This document shows positions 62,290 through 64,000 of a DNA stretch of 64,000 nt, piece after piece. Source of the stretch: Macrostomum hystrix (lineage: Eukaryota > Animalia > Platyhelminthes). A program made the translations under genes and the position numbers. The stretch covers positions 32,798,001 to 32,862,000 of the forward strand of contig CATNEN010000038.1 in assembly GCA_950097015.1 (NCBI GenBank), given 5' to 3'. Every line of letters starts with the position of its first letter. Position 1 is the first letter of the stretch. Under the pieces are notes generated by a model that worked only from the letters and a program-made list of their open reading frames with translations, made no database searches and was not told the DNA's origin.

Positions 62290-62664
62290 CTGCGTTGGCA
62301 CAGGTGAGGGGGTGAAATTTCTGGTTAGCGAAAACATTTAGAGATTGTTAAAGATAATTAACATTGAGAGCTAATATGAAATCATGATTTGCGATTGAGC
62401 GAAAATATTTAGCAGGTGCACAAATAGTAGCTCTAGATTTTTTTTTTCTTCCGCTTTTTATGTTGTTAATGGGTTCTCAATTAGAAGTTTCTGCTGGCTC
62501 ACAGGTGCGTTAGTGAGTGTGTGTGTTCAGCTGTACTCTACGTCAGACAATTCGATTCCAAATCATTTATAACCGATGCAATCGCAAAAAATTACTTTTC
62601 AGAGATTGGAGAACCAAATTAAAATAATGTTTCTCTAGTTTCTTTAGCGCACACAGAGCGAGAA

Positions 62665-62728
62665 ATGGTTGCTCGGAAAGCAGCGATAAGTCAGAAACCT
62701 TTAGGAGACAGCATTGACAGCAAGTCGG

Positions 62729-62762
<34 letters not shown>

Positions 62763-64000
62763 GAATGGTGCTGACTGCTCGAGTGACATTGTTACTCGTG
62801 AGCCGAAGCTTCAATTGATTCGTTCATTAGCCTACATGGACACATTGCTTCCAGCTAAATGGAGCCTTTGGTGGCTGCCGATTGCGCTGACATTTTTGTG
62901 CTACAGCCCGAATCTACTAATCTTCGCCAACGACGCTGAGACATGGATTTACGACGATCAGTCGAGTGTTCGCAGAAATCCCTGCGTTATCGGCGTGGAT
63001 CCCATGAACGAGCCCGTGCCCTGGACTTGCGTCTTCTGGGTGAGCAAAAATGCTCAAGTGCACCTGGGCTATCGAAAAATTGAAATTTCTTGGAAAACTA
63101 ATGATTTTTAATCGACATATTTCAAGGAAAATGATTTGAAATTATGTCAAGATCAGTCCATGGACAGGGGTTGATAAAAACTCGTCTAAATTTCTACTCA
63201 TGAGTTGGATTGAAAACACGGGACTTCCTGGAAAATTGTTACAATTCTTGGAAAACTTATGAATTTCTAGGATTTCGCTTTCAAAAGCAGTAATTCGTAA
63301 TATTAAGAAGAAAATGTGGTATTCAATGTTTATATTTCAATAACAAAAAATATTGATTAAGAAAATGAATGATCTATTGTACATCAACGGTGATTTATTG
63401 GAGAAAATATACATTTTATTTCCTAGAAAGCTATATTGAATGCGTAAAGAAGCAGCGATATTAATGAAAGAGCAAGTGATTTCCCAGAAATTATTTAAAA
63501 AGGCGACTTTGGAAGTTTATTGAACTAGTAGAAAGGCTAGTTAGTAAAATAAATATAGTTATTTATATATTTGAAAGTTTTGGAATTGAAAGTGAAATAA
63601 TAAAAAAATTAATTTGAATTTCAACGGCTCAGAGGATTACAAAGAATCTCAAATCGATCTCACAACCAGGCCGATTACTGGGGCACCCCAATGAGCAGCA
63701 ACTCGAGTCACAAGTCCTACCGCCCGGTCACCACAATGTTCTTCATCGTTGAGCGCCTCCTTTGGGGCTTCTCCGATTCGCGCCTCTGGCACCTCGGCAA
63801 CGTCGCCACCAAGGCAGTCGCCGTCTGGCTGTTCAGCAAAGTGTCCCGCATCTGCCTGACCTGTCAGGACTCGGCCGCCTTTGCCACGCTGCTGTTCGCT
63901 GTACACCCTATTCACACGGAGTCCGTCAGCAACATCACAGGCCAGGCCGAGTCACTCAGCGGCGTGTTCATGCTCCTGGCCTTTTTGGCTTATTCTAGAC
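62665..64000 (+). CDS. TMTC: TMTC-family protein O-mannosyltransferase (N-terminal part; runs off the window)
   Basis: Exon 62665-63039 (WIYDDQSSVRRNP with the DD motif; TGG|gtgag) and exon from 63670 (accag|ADYWGTPMSSNSSHKSYRPVTT...LLFAVHPIHTESVSNITGQAE). These are hallmark TMTC motifs. Confidence 0.9.

Overview
Eukaryotic (metazoan) genomic DNA with GT-AG introns, AT-rich intergenic DNA, GC-richer exons, poly-Gln tracts and roughly a third of the window in short tandem repeats and minisatellites (mostly 16-35 bp units). The style and gene content suggest a free-living flatworm such as Macrostomum (inference only). Genes rebuilt by reading splice sites: the 3' end of an unknown gene; a Cys-loop anion channel (GluCl/GlyR-like); an unknown orphan gene; a two-repeat DM9 lectin; four secreted paralogues resembling the group-7 allergen/TULIP lipid-binding family; ARL2BP (6 exons, largely invisible in the ORF track) head-to-head with an intronless HSE-driven DNAJB Hsp40; a PAN/apple plus ALK/LTK-type glycine-rich-domain protein; an ELK-type (KCNH) K+ channel; and a TMTC O-mannosyltransferase apparently nested antisense in an ELK intron. 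Mobile DNA: several tRNA-derived SINE families, a non-autonomous Helitron carrying two satellites, a Mutator-like MITE with a 9-bp TSD, a probable solo LTR and an 84-bp retro-insertion with a 14-bp TSD. The best candidate for an undescribed system is the DM9 plus TULIP-like secreted gene cluster (18.5-30.5 kb). It includes exon-restricted gene conversion and a copy lacking its own ATG that may be started by the flatworm spliced-leader AUG. Most long ORFs in the supplied track are repeat artefacts. No database searches were run; family calls rest on recognised motifs.
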